Of a stretch of 64,000 nt of DNA, positions 51,134 through 61,080 are shown piece by piece. Each line of letters starts with the position of its first letter. Position 1 is the stretch's first letter. The notes beneath the pieces were generated by a model. That model searched no databases, was not told where the DNA came from, and saw nothing but the letters and a program-made list of their open reading frames with translations. This DNA is from Paramoeba atlantica (Eukaryota; Protista; Discosea), in the NCBI GenBank assembly GCA_977017575.1, contig CDRNVI010000070.1, forward strand, positions 1 through 64,000. The letters are read 5' to 3'. A program made the position numbers and the translations under genes.

Positions 51134-53386
51134 ATGTCCGCTAATCCAGCAACTGAGACCGCGCCCGTCCCGGAGATTCCCATCCCAGCGGACATGTCCC
51201 ATCCCACCCCCGAAGGCGTGCCCCTTGGCACGGAACCCACCACCTCCGCCACACTCTATGTCGGCAACATCACCCCGGAGATCAGCGAGCCCGCCTTGTT
51301 TGCGTTCTTCTCCAAGCACAGCCCGGTGACCTCCGTGCGGGTGTGTCGGGACCTTAACACACAGGCCTCCCTGGGGTATGGCTACGTGAATTTTTCCTGC
51401 ACCGAGGACGCAGAGAAGTCGCTGAACGCGCTGAACTACGTCCCCATTCGTCCCGGAGCTAAACCGATGCGGCTGATGTGGTACGAGCGTGACCCGACGA
51501 AGCGGAAATCGGGACACGGGAACATTTTTATTAAGAATCTCACTAAGGATGTCGACGACAAGAGTTTGGCGAAAATCTTTGCAAAGTTTGGTGCAATCAC
51601 CTCCGCGAAAGTCGGACGTACCCGCAAAGGAGAAAGTATGGGTCACGGATTCGTGCAGTTTGAAAATGATTCCGAGGCAGATACGGCTATTGCGGAAATG
51701 AATGGTGCGAAGATCAACGACCTTGAACTGTACGTGGGTCCTTTCAAATCGACCAAAGAGCGTTTCGGTGAACAGGATGGATCCTACACGAACGTGTTTC
51801 TTCGTAATCTCAAACCAGATCTCACCACTGATGCTTTGAAGGAATATTTGTCGAAATTCGGAAAAGTTGTCAGCGTCTCTGAACTCACCGAGAGTAAACA
51901 ATTCAAAGCTAAGTTTGGCTTTGCGAGCTTTGAATCCCACGAGGAGGCTCTCAAGTGCGTTGAGGAACTCAACGACAAAGTCATTGAAGAAATCGGCGGT
52001 GACCTCACCTTGTTTGCCGGTCGTGCTATGAAAAGTGCGGAACGTATGAAAGCCGTTCAGTACGCTGCCACAGAAGACGGCAAGGGGGCGGAATTCCTCG
52101 AAGGCAATGTCTACGTCAAAAATATCCCCGATGGCTTCACCACCGAAAAACTCACTGAACTTTTCTCCAAAATCGGCGAGGTCAGCAGTGCCGTCGTGAT
52201 GCAGGACACCACTACCGGGCTCTCCAAAGGCTACGGCTTTGTCCGATTCAAATCCCGTGAGGACGCCGACCGTGCAATCTCCGTCCTGAACGGCAAACTG
52301 GTCGCTGGCAAACCCCTCCTCGTTACCCCCTTCCTTAACCTCCAACAACGTCGTCGGTACCGTGAGACCCAGGCGACCGGGGGGGCCAGCACCGCGGGGC
52401 TGCCTACCGCACTACCCACGTACCCCGGGGCCCCTGGCCACCCACGATGGCCGCTCCCTCATGCCTACCCCACGGCCTCGGCCCACCCCGGGCTTCCCCC
52501 CTCTGGGATCCCTCCATTGGCTGGACCCTACGGCACCGCCTCCCCGAGTTACTATGGTGGCAGTCCGTATCCAGCCGTAATGAGTGCAATGGGGAGAGGG
52601 GGAGGCGTCGGGGGACCGGGAGGGTATCCCCCACGAGGAGGTATGATCCCCGGCCGGGGTATGGGAGCCCCAGGGGGCGTAGCCGTACCCGGGGGAACCC
52701 CCGCAACCGGGGCGAACCCCATGGGAATGGCCCCGGCTCGTATGCCCTATGGTTACCCTCCCCGGGTGCCTCCGAGTGCGATGCCCGGGATGGGAATGCA
52801 CCCCCCGGGAAATCCCCATCTGGGCGTGAATCCGAATTTGGTGAATCCCCGACCTCATCCATTCTCCCAGGCAGGGATGATGATGCAAGGAGGGGGACGA
52901 GGGGCAGGAGTTCCCCCGGTAGGTGCTGGAGGCGTTCCAGCAGGGATGCTCCCGCCCGCAGGTGGGGTGGCAGGGCCACAACCGCATTTGATGCGACCGA
53001 AGATGCCTGCGATGGCTCCGGCGGTGCCCCAGCGACCCGGGGTACAGGGGATGCCGACTTCGGCGTATGGGAGTGGTCCACAGGCGCCGGCACAACCCAG
53101 TGTGACGCCCCCACCCCCCGTGAAAAGCATTCCCGGGTTTCAGGGACTACCACCGTTGACGTCCTCCGCGCTCGCGGCGATGAGCGAAGAGGAACAGAAA
53201 AATGCGTTAGGCGAGCGATTGTATGCTCGAATTGAGTCGCAAGAGCCGGAGCAGGCTGCGAAAATCACAGGGATGCTGTTAGAAATGGACACGACCGAGA
53301 TTTTGAATGTCCTGGAGGATCCGAACATCTTACAAAGTAAACTCTCAGAGGCATTGAACGTGCTGCGGGCGTACAAGAGTGCGTAG
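51134..53386 (+). CDS. PABP: Cytoplasmic poly(A)-binding protein (4 RRMs, Pro/Gly/Met linker, MLLE)
   Basis: SLGYGYVNF, NIFIKNL, SKGYGFV and KNALGERLY...KITGMLLEMD motifs. Confidence 0.96.
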   Translation: MSANPATETAPVPEIPIPADMSHPTPEGVPLGTEPTTSATLYVGNITPEISEPALFAFFSKHSPVTSVRVCRDLNTQASLGYGYVNFSCTEDAEKSLNALNYVPIRPGAKPMRLMWYERDPTKRKSGHGNIFIKNLTKDVDDKSLAKIFAKFGAITSAKVGRTRKGESMGHGFVQFENDSEADTAIAEMNGAKINDLELYVGPFKSTKERFGEQDGSYTNVFLRNLKPDLTTDALKEYLSKFGKVVSVSELTESKQFKAKFGFASFESHEEALKCVEELNDKVIEEIGGDLTLFAGRAMKSAERMKAVQYAATEDGKGAEFLEGNVYVKNIPDGFTTEKLTELFSKIGEVSSAVVMQDTTTGLSKGYGFVRFKSREDADRAISVLNGKLVAGKPLLVTPFLNLQQRRRYRETQATGGASTAGLPTALPTYPGAPGHPRWPLPHAYPTASAHPGLPPSGIPPLAGPYGTASPSYYGGSPYPAVMSAMGRGGGVGGPGGYPPRGGMIPGRGMGAPGGVAVPGGTPATGANPMGMAPARMPYGYPPRVPPSAMPGMGMHPPGNPHLGVNPNLVNPRPHPFSQAGMMMQGGGRGAGVPPVGAGGVPAGMLPPAGGVAGPQPHLMRPKMPAMAPAVPQRPGVQGMPTSAYGSGPQAPAQPSVTPPPPVKSIPGFQGLPPLTSSALAAMSEEEQKNALGERLYARIESQEPEQAAKITGMLLEMDTTEILNVLEDPNILQSKLSEALNVLRAYKSA

Positions 53387-53937
53387 TTTCCCCAAAGTAA
53401 CTCTCAGCGACATGTGTAGAAGGGATACGTGCGGGTGCTTTGGGCTAGCAAGTGTGATACGAAATGCTTGTATTTTTTTTATGATAAAAATATATCTTCA
53501 AAAAATTGCTATTCTACCTTTTTCAATTACTTACAACCCGTTTTTGCAAAGGAGATGGAATTGTTCCAACAATTTGTGAACGAATTGACAGTATAATGTT
53601 GCATATTGCTCAGAATAGTCTAAGTATGAGTTTTGAAAGATTTATAAATTTGGATAATTTTCGAAAAGAAAAAAGAAGAAGGCAATAAAAGCTCAGGGCA
53701 CGTAAAGATTTTGAGTTCTTCACCTTGATTCTTAATATAGAGTTTCTTTAAATTAAGGATTTAGTAATACTTTTATCTATTGTGCACTGAAACTACGTAC
53801 GAAGCAAGCTGACAGGGATGCATTGTACTTACGTTTGAGACACCAACTCTTATACTACGAGAGATGTTATACAGAATCTTTTTGGGCTGCTAGTAGGTAG
53901 AGCAATTTTTAAAGAGGTAATTTTAAATGTGACCTGT

Positions 53938-55242
53938 ATGCAAACATACACGCCAGAGGAAATAAATCTACTGCAGCGCTTCTTACCAAAAGCACTTGAC
54001 AAATTTGCTCGCACGGAATCTGACGTTGCAAATCCCTATGAGATTCTAGGTATTTCTTCTGACGCGACATATCCTGAGCTACAGCGTGCCTATAGACAGA
54101 AATGTCTACTCACACATCCAGATAGGACACAGGAAAGTTCTGCCGCGTCCGAAGGATTTTGTCTCATACAAAGTGCATTTCAATTTCTTTGTAACTCTGA
54201 GCTACGTCGAATTTATGATAGAATGCGCGGAGCAAGGTCATGTAGCGACACACACAGACAGCTCAGCAGCCCTTCAATGCTGAGGTCACGCATCTCGCGG
54301 TGGATGAAGAAAGAAAATGATCGCCACTTACCCTACATTTCTTTCCCCCCCGTTTGGAGGCACTCCAAAGATAATCAAGATTCAAACACAATTGCCGCAC
54401 GCACTGCTGTAAAAGAAAAGGAGGGCTACGTTGCCAATGCTGAACCCCACAAGAATTTTCATGATCGTCTCTTAGAAAGACTACAAACGCCCTGTTCCGA
54501 CCTTTCCTTCATCAGATGTACTGCAACTCTGCATCGAGGTGAAATAACTATCGATGCAACAACGAAAGGGAGAGGAAACCCAGCGATTGCTCAGCACCAA
54601 AGTTGGGGTCTCGTTGTTGATTCTAATCTTACTCTTCTACGATGGTCACAGCCAGTGACAGAGAAAGAGCAGAAAAACATTCACTTGAGCTCAGACGCTG
54701 CGCATAAGATTACGGATTCACGAGAATTAAGTACACCAGTTCATATTTCTCCTTCAGGCATACTGATTCCGAAATCTAAAATAATTCTTGTAAATGAAGA
54801 GATTGCCTCGATGCCAGTCTTGCAGCGAGAGGCCTGTCGATCAACTACTTTAGATCTCGAGCTCGAAATAGAAGTCTTTTCAGTATTTTTGTCGTGTAAT
54901 CTGCCTGTGTCAGATTTTATAATTATGCAAGACACTGTACAAACCTTATGGTGCTTTTCCCTGCGTATTGATGATCTGACTGTCTGTGATTGCACTCCTG
55001 GAGGAGGAGCCCATCTGATTTACAAACAGATACAACGAAGGCGCCTATTATTTATAGGTCATGAGTTTATTCGCAGCATAGAAGATCTGATACATTGTCT
55101 TGAAACATTGACAAGAAATATGTCATCTTCTGATCCGAAAAAAATGTCTTCTGCTTCATCTTATACCTGTAATGCAACTGAAGTGCAGATTGATGCATTC
55201 TCTACGAGCCTTACCTTTGCCTCTAAACCGACCGTTGACTGA
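53938..55242 (+). CDS. J-domain (DnaJ) protein
   Basis: NPYEILGI...AYRQKCLLTHPDR...IQSAFQFLC...RRIYD J domain with HPD. The remainder is unrecognised. Confidence 0.85.
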   Translation: MQTYTPEEINLLQRFLPKALDKFARTESDVANPYEILGISSDATYPELQRAYRQKCLLTHPDRTQESSAASEGFCLIQSAFQFLCNSELRRIYDRMRGARSCSDTHRQLSSPSMLRSRISRWMKKENDRHLPYISFPPVWRHSKDNQDSNTIAARTAVKEKEGYVANAEPHKNFHDRLLERLQTPCSDLSFIRCTATLHRGEITIDATTKGRGNPAIAQHQSWGLVVDSNLTLLRWSQPVTEKEQKNIHLSSDAAHKITDSRELSTPVHISPSGILIPKSKIILVNEEIASMPVLQREACRSTTLDLELEIEVFSVFLSCNLPVSDFIIMQDTVQTLWCFSLRIDDLTVCDCTPGGGAHLIYKQIQRRRLLFIGHEFIRSIEDLIHCLETLTRNMSSSDPKKMSSASSYTCNATEVQIDAFSTSLTFASKPTVD

Positions 55243-55397
55243 AAAAAGCGAGAAAAACTAATCTTCGGAAAGAATAGTACTGTGTTTTATTGTCTTTCTG
55301 ATGTACCTGTAAGTCTTTTAATCTAAGATAAGATTCACACACAGTCTTTTTAGAATTTTCTACGTTCTTATATTGGTTCTTACATTGTTGTATCATC

Positions 55398-56711
55398 ATG
55401 TTGTCTGCCCTATCTGAGCCTATCCCAGACGATACAACTTCCGCCATTGGCGACTGTCCTACGCCCTCTTCACTCCAAAATGCAAAAGAGCGTATTCGAA
55501 TATTGGAAATGGGTATCAAGGATAAAGAAGCGAATTGCAAGACCCTTAAGGAAGAAATTGCTATTCTCGAGGAACTCAACACAACGAATTTGATGGCTAT
55601 TCGAAAAGTCGAAAACTCTGCTTTGACTGCGAATCGTCGGAAAGGTCCTTTATCTAGTTCAACGGTCTCGGAGTTAATTGATTTAGATAACCGACTCAAA
55701 AGTGAAGGACAGGTCCATGACAACCTTCTCGAAGAGCTTCGCACGAAAGAGGGCTCCATTTCCACAAAAAACAACGAAATCAAAAAAATAGAGCGTGAAT
55801 TAGAGGCTGCAAAGCAAGATACAGAATATGAGACACGATGCCAGGCGAAAATTTCCTTTCCGGAAGCGTTTGACATGGAAAACAAACACGGAGAGCTGAG
55901 ACGATCACTCACGAGGATGTATAATGAGCAGAAAGCAATAAAAAATTCAGCATCCGCGAAAACGGAGCTTTTGCAAGATATAACTGAAAACCTTCAAACC
56001 CTAAACCGCGTAGATAATGAGCTTCGGGATGTACTTCAGGAGCTTGACGAAAAGGAATTGGAAGAGCAAGACATCAAGGAGGAGCTACGTCGAATGGAGC
56101 AGGTAACAAGGCGAAAGGACATACTTCTTACCGAGCTTAGTCGGAAAGATGAACATGCGTATATGCGTAATCTTGAAAACCAAAAGCGTACCACGCATCA
56201 CAACATTAAGAAAACAAAGGAGGTCTGCAACAACCAAAACCGATCCATCGAGACCGAAGAAAGAAATGTGCAGCTCGTAACGACGAAGATGACAAACGCA
56301 ATACAAATTCTACGAACTATGCGCGAGTCTGCTGGGGAAGTCTCTGAGGAAGACCGTAAGTTACTGCAACCGGATATTGAGGCAGAAGCCGAGACAGTCA
56401 ATAGAGATGTTTTTGACGCTACAGAGAAAGAATTCTTAGATCTCAGACCTAAACTAGAATCATCTAGCCTCTTTTTAGATGATCTTGATCATGAACTCGA
56501 AGCCTTGGAGAAAAAGATTGAGGTATTGCTTAAAGCGCAAATTTCGGATGCAAGGAAACATAAAATGGATACGCTGGAAGGGCGAAAAGATACCTTAAAG
56601 CTGCAGGAACTTCTTAATCGATGTGAAGACTTGTCATTGGATTTCAAAGGAATGAGAATAGCGCGACCAGAGTATTCCTCGGTAGGTACAACAGTGGTTT
56701 CATCTCCTTAA
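55398..56711 (+). CDS. Coiled-coil protein of unknown function
   Basis: 437-aa ATG-started ORF with heptad-rich E/K/L composition. Confidence 0.75.
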   Translation: MLSALSEPIPDDTTSAIGDCPTPSSLQNAKERIRILEMGIKDKEANCKTLKEEIAILEELNTTNLMAIRKVENSALTANRRKGPLSSSTVSELIDLDNRLKSEGQVHDNLLEELRTKEGSISTKNNEIKKIERELEAAKQDTEYETRCQAKISFPEAFDMENKHGELRRSLTRMYNEQKAIKNSASAKTELLQDITENLQTLNRVDNELRDVLQELDEKELEEQDIKEELRRMEQVTRRKDILLTELSRKDEHAYMRNLENQKRTTHHNIKKTKEVCNNQNRSIETEERNVQLVTTKMTNAIQILRTMRESAGEVSEEDRKLLQPDIEAEAETVNRDVFDATEKEFLDLRPKLESSSLFLDDLDHELEALEKKIEVLLKAQISDARKHKMDTLEGRKDTLKLQELLNRCEDLSLDFKGMRIARPEYSSVGTTVVSSP

Positions 56712-57221
56712 TTGCAGATCTTAAATTCAGATCAAACTACGTGAAAATTTTGGACTGCGGAAAGTTCCTAGGACTGCAGAAGCATGCCTGAATTTTACTA
56801 TTGATTCGGAAGGGATTTTATGCAAATCAAATATGTGATTATGAGGAACACTATGTATTCTTTTGTGTTTCTCTCAATTATGTGAAAAAAATACATCTCG
56901 AGATGATCGAGGCTCACGTGTAATATAGTCCTATTGGAGCAACCCACGTGCATTTTATAATTTTATAAACTTGTACTTGTATGCAGACGAAAATAGAGGG
57001 TTACAGCTACGTATAATAAGAGAACACTACAACGCAGTTGTATAGCGTGCTTATGAATAAGTAATCGTAAAACGGTGCCTCATAAACGGGTTTTGAAGTT
57101 CCTGTTTTAAGAGCTATTTTAAGACTTCTAAGGAATCAGCCCGATTACTTTAAATACGAGCATCCAACAATACTACGCAAAGATTTCATGTTAAATAGGA
57201 AAAGTATTACTGCGATTTTTC

Positions 57222-60182
57222 ATGCAGGGCCATGTTTCGGAGGCTTTAACAGTCCTAACGCAATCTGTTAACGTGCTACGTAAAACCTATTCAGCTTCGT
57301 CGGAGGACGAGGATTATGAAGCTGACGATGCAGAACCGATGTGGTCATGGAACGATATAACATACGACCTTCCTGAACATTGTATTGACGCCTTACGATT
57401 AGTAAAATCTCTTTTGGTGCGTGAAATGCGATCCATCAACGAGCGTCGAGAATCTTCCCTATATGATGGAACCGGAAAATCTGGTGAAGCGAAAACGGCA
57501 GAATTACATAGTGCTCGTCACGGAAGCTCTGTTTCATCATCCTACCTGCGCCAGCTTGAGAGATCAAGATTCGTATATATACACAAGGCTCACGTTATTG
57601 CTAATGAACTATTCCCACTTTTGAACTACGCATTACTTACTTTAGGAGAGCAATCTGCGGACAGATTACACGGAGAAGTGACCCTTTCTCGGTGTGATTC
57701 AATTATCCGTGGCTGCCTCAGGGCACTAGTGGCTGCAACTACGCTCTGCGAAGTGGAGACAGAATGCGACGAAGCAGAATTGCAAGTCGTAAGGGAAGAA
57801 AGCCTCCAAATGCTACTAAGGAATGCGTCTATGACAGCTACTACTCAATACGCAGTCTCACTGCTACTTGGTTCGTCTCCACTGTGCCCTGATGACATGG
57901 ATTTTATCGAGTTGTCCCTCCTGTATGTTAAGAACATTAGCTTACTCAGAGAGCGCGTGAAAAATTCTCATGAGTATCGCTCAACATACCTACGTTCCTT
58001 ATATGACAGTGGGTGTGTTGACTTCCTATTCGTAGCAATAAAGCAAAATAATACTAGCTCTATGGACTGTGAACGACAAATGCGGTGGAACGAGCTGATT
58101 TCTTTTTCGTTGGCGGCCATGTTCAAGCTGGCCGAAACTCCTCTTGACTGGATCTCTCCAGATCAGCCACCAGATGCTGCTCTGGAAAGGAACGAAACCC
58201 AAAGTGTATCGACAGCTTCCCCCAACCGGGAAAATAAGACACTGGACACACCTGTAAACCCAGCGCCGCGTTCGCAAAGTTTCAACACTGAGCTTCTAAT
58301 TCGACGAAATGCTGAAGGGCATATGATTCGTAGGCAAGACTTACCGCCACTCGCTCGACTTGAAGAAATTGACGAGAGAAAAATTGTTAGGACAGGGCCA
58401 CGGAAAAATACTCAAGCAGCGCCCTTGTACACGAAAGCAATTCAAGAGATGTCTACCCCAGAGCATTTGACCACTCAAAGGGAAAATATTTCAGAATTAC
58501 ATACAGGTTTTCACATTGTACGCAAAGTGTTTTCCAATAGCATGTTGACTTTTTTGCAAGGCTGTTTTCAGGATTGGATGCTACACTACGTTCCTATTCT
58601 GGTGGCATGGTCTTCCAGTGCCGACGATGGGACCGAAAAGTTTGAGGAAAGAGAGGCAATGATGCACGACGACGCGTGCCCCGTTCCTGTAAGAAGCTTT
58701 TTTATTATTCTCACTGCCGTACTTTGTGCCGTACGCGAATATGGTCGCTCTGATTCGAAGCATTCGCAAGGCACTGAGAACCACTTTGAGACAGTAGAAC
58801 TGATAAAAGTGACTCTTCGACTTATTTGGGGAAAAATAACGGAGGGAAGTAAAAATGAGGTACAGGCAACCGGAAGTATAGATTCTTTAGAAAAGGAATC
58901 GTTTGACCCTTTATGCAAAGAATCACATGATGATATTAGCTCACTTAACGAGAATGATACTGAGGAACCCAGTGTGACTCCGCATCATAACGATTCTACC
59001 GAACTTGAAAAAGGGGATTTGGATAGACCTAGTCCGATCTCAAAAATTCCCTACAAGCCTGGTACAATTGGAGCTACCGCACTGCGTGTCTGTACGGCAG
59101 TTCATTTACGAAAACGGCAAAGGGAAATGACCTTACTTTTGCGCTTTCTTAAAGAATACTTAACTTCCATGGCAGCATTTCCATACTTTCTACCCGACTC
59201 GATAGCGAAGAGTCTGATTCAGGAAGGTAAGTTGTGGGATGGCATTCGTTCATGGATAGGGAAGCGATTTCATCCACGGGTAAGTAGCGAGCCAGGTTAC
59301 CTTTCTGATTTGCTACAACTTGTGTATCTAACAACAATAATTTGGCGTAGAGTCGATCCTGAAGATGGCGAAATGTGTGCTGTATTGTCTATTTCATCAG
59401 ATCCTTGGAATTTATATCCTTACGAACTCGCCCTAAATCAGTGGGATTCGCTCTCATTAGACACAATTCGCTCCATCAAAACACTCTTTTACACGATGGT
59501 TCATTTGAAGTGCCATGCTCCGCTGGTCAACATGAACTTTTTATTGTTGTATTTCGATATACTGATGAAAACAAAAGAGTGCGAAGTATCGTCTGTTGCT
59601 AGGCGGACCCTATTAGAGAATTCTAGTTTTGCACATTTACACACGCAGGCACAAAGTCGAGAACGTCATGAATTACGAGAAATTGCGCTTCAAATGACCC
59701 GGATCACAGTAGCTGCCATTCGTAAAGTAGGTTTGAAGATATCCTTGCCGAGGCTAATCTTTCCTCTATCGAACTCAACGTGGAAGGAGATAAGCACTGT
59801 AGCTGCTACGTCAGCTCTTTATGACGACGAATCTCACAAGACGTTAGCACATGCTGAGATAAATATGAGCGAAGGCGAGGCTGAGCATGCATTAAAGACG
59901 ATGCAATCATGTACTACTACTGAAAACTTGGATGTTTCCAAGACACAAAACAAGGATAAAATGCTTTTGAAGAATATCAAAAACAAAATTCATCCCACTT
60001 CCGGCAAGACTAAGCATCGTAAAAAAAAGAAGCGTCCACAGAATATCGAACCGATTCCTGAGTACGGTAGTGATAGTTTAGGGTCTGAAGTATCATTTTC
60101 ACTTCACGCTTCTAGTGCAAGAATTGAACGAGATCACGAAACTACAGAAAAGCAGTTGGTATCCGAAAGTGACCAATTTTAA
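57222..60182 (+). CDS. Timeless/Tof1/Swi1-like protein
   Basis: N-terminal YDLPEHCIDALRLVKSLL...VIANELFPLL...LVAATTL resembles the TIMELESS N-terminal domain. Basic NLS-like tail. Confidence 0.6.
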   Translation: MQGHVSEALTVLTQSVNVLRKTYSASSEDEDYEADDAEPMWSWNDITYDLPEHCIDALRLVKSLLVREMRSINERRESSLYDGTGKSGEAKTAELHSARHGSSVSSSYLRQLERSRFVYIHKAHVIANELFPLLNYALLTLGEQSADRLHGEVTLSRCDSIIRGCLRALVAATTLCEVETECDEAELQVVREESLQMLLRNASMTATTQYAVSLLLGSSPLCPDDMDFIELSLLYVKNISLLRERVKNSHEYRSTYLRSLYDSGCVDFLFVAIKQNNTSSMDCERQMRWNELISFSLAAMFKLAETPLDWISPDQPPDAALERNETQSVSTASPNRENKTLDTPVNPAPRSQSFNTELLIRRNAEGHMIRRQDLPPLARLEEIDERKIVRTGPRKNTQAAPLYTKAIQEMSTPEHLTTQRENISELHTGFHIVRKVFSNSMLTFLQGCFQDWMLHYVPILVAWSSSADDGTEKFEEREAMMHDDACPVPVRSFFIILTAVLCAVREYGRSDSKHSQGTENHFETVELIKVTLRLIWGKITEGSKNEVQATGSIDSLEKESFDPLCKESHDDISSLNENDTEEPSVTPHHNDSTELEKGDLDRPSPISKIPYKPGTIGATALRVCTAVHLRKRQREMTLLLRFLKEYLTSMAAFPYFLPDSIAKSLIQEGKLWDGIRSWIGKRFHPRVSSEPGYLSDLLQLVYLTTIIWRRVDPEDGEMCAVLSISSDPWNLYPYELALNQWDSLSLDTIRSIKTLFYTMVHLKCHAPLVNMNFLLLYFDILMKTKECEVSSVARRTLLENSSFAHLHTQAQSRERHELREIALQMTRITVAAIRKVGLKISLPRLIFPLSNSTWKEISTVAATSALYDDESHKTLAHAEINMSEGEAEHALKTMQSCTTTENLDVSKTQNKDKMLLKNIKNKIHPTSGKTKHRKKKKRPQNIEPIPEYGSDSLGSEVSFSLHASSARIERDHETTEKQLVSESDQF

Positions 60183-60413
60183 TGTATCAATGGTGAAGTT
60201 GATATTTAGTGTACTGGGGCTCGTTCACACGGATATTTGATGAAAAGTTCAAGTCAAGATTAAAACCTTTTAAGACCTTAAATACCAATATTTACCAGTT
60301 TTGTGTTCAAAAGCCTGCAGTAAAAACCACGTTTTATGAAGTTTTCCATTTTTGTATAGCAAAACACACAGAACTTAGAAGTAGAGTTATTGTTGCTAAG
60401 CTTTTTCTGTATT

Positions 60414-60890
60414 ATGATCAACCGTTGCAGATTTCTGCGGCGCATTCACACAAAGTGGCGTCATCTTCTACATCCGCTCCCCAATAGTGTCCGAAAGTAC
60501 GAATGGTTTAAGCGAGACGCTGCAGAAGCCAATGAGGCGACACTACGACGTCCGTACTATGTACTAAAGAGTGTGGAGCCGGAAGTACGAGCAGAGTACA
60601 CGCTCAATCATCCCGAAGATTCTGACTACGAACCATACACAAGAATTGTCAATCCTCTTGAAGTGGACGACATGCGACGGGCGACGTTAGTTGCACCTGG
60701 ACAACCAGGCCCGATGCCGGAGTCCGAAGATATCGCCGCCTCTCTGCACAGTGAGGATCCTGCTGGCCAAAAAGAAATACGTCGTATTGCTGATCGTTGG
60801 GCGGGATACAATGCCACTCGACACAAATATTACCATTATTATCCCCGATACCCACACACATTCGAAGCTGTACCACCGCATGTGCAGTAG
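60414..60890 (+). CDS. Hypothetical protein with mitochondrial-type presequence
   Basis: MINRCRFLRRIH start and protein-like composition. No family recognised. Confidence 0.65.
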   Translation: MINRCRFLRRIHTKWRHLLHPLPNSVRKYEWFKRDAAEANEATLRRPYYVLKSVEPEVRAEYTLNHPEDSDYEPYTRIVNPLEVDDMRRATLVAPGQPGPMPESEDIAASLHSEDPAGQKEIRRIADRWAGYNATRHKYYHYYPRYPHTFEAVPPHVQ

Positions 60891-61080
60891 TTCCCGTTTT
60901 CAGAATCATCTTCCTAGCATATACTGTGACCCCCCTAAACTGTGACCCCCTATATAGACAAAACAATTGATACTCGTAAAGTCGCAAGATGAATCAACAC
61001 GATATGGTCATTACAATATCCTCATCAAGTTTACCTGCATCTAGTTTGATTTATACTCTTTTTTACATATTCTCTTCGCT

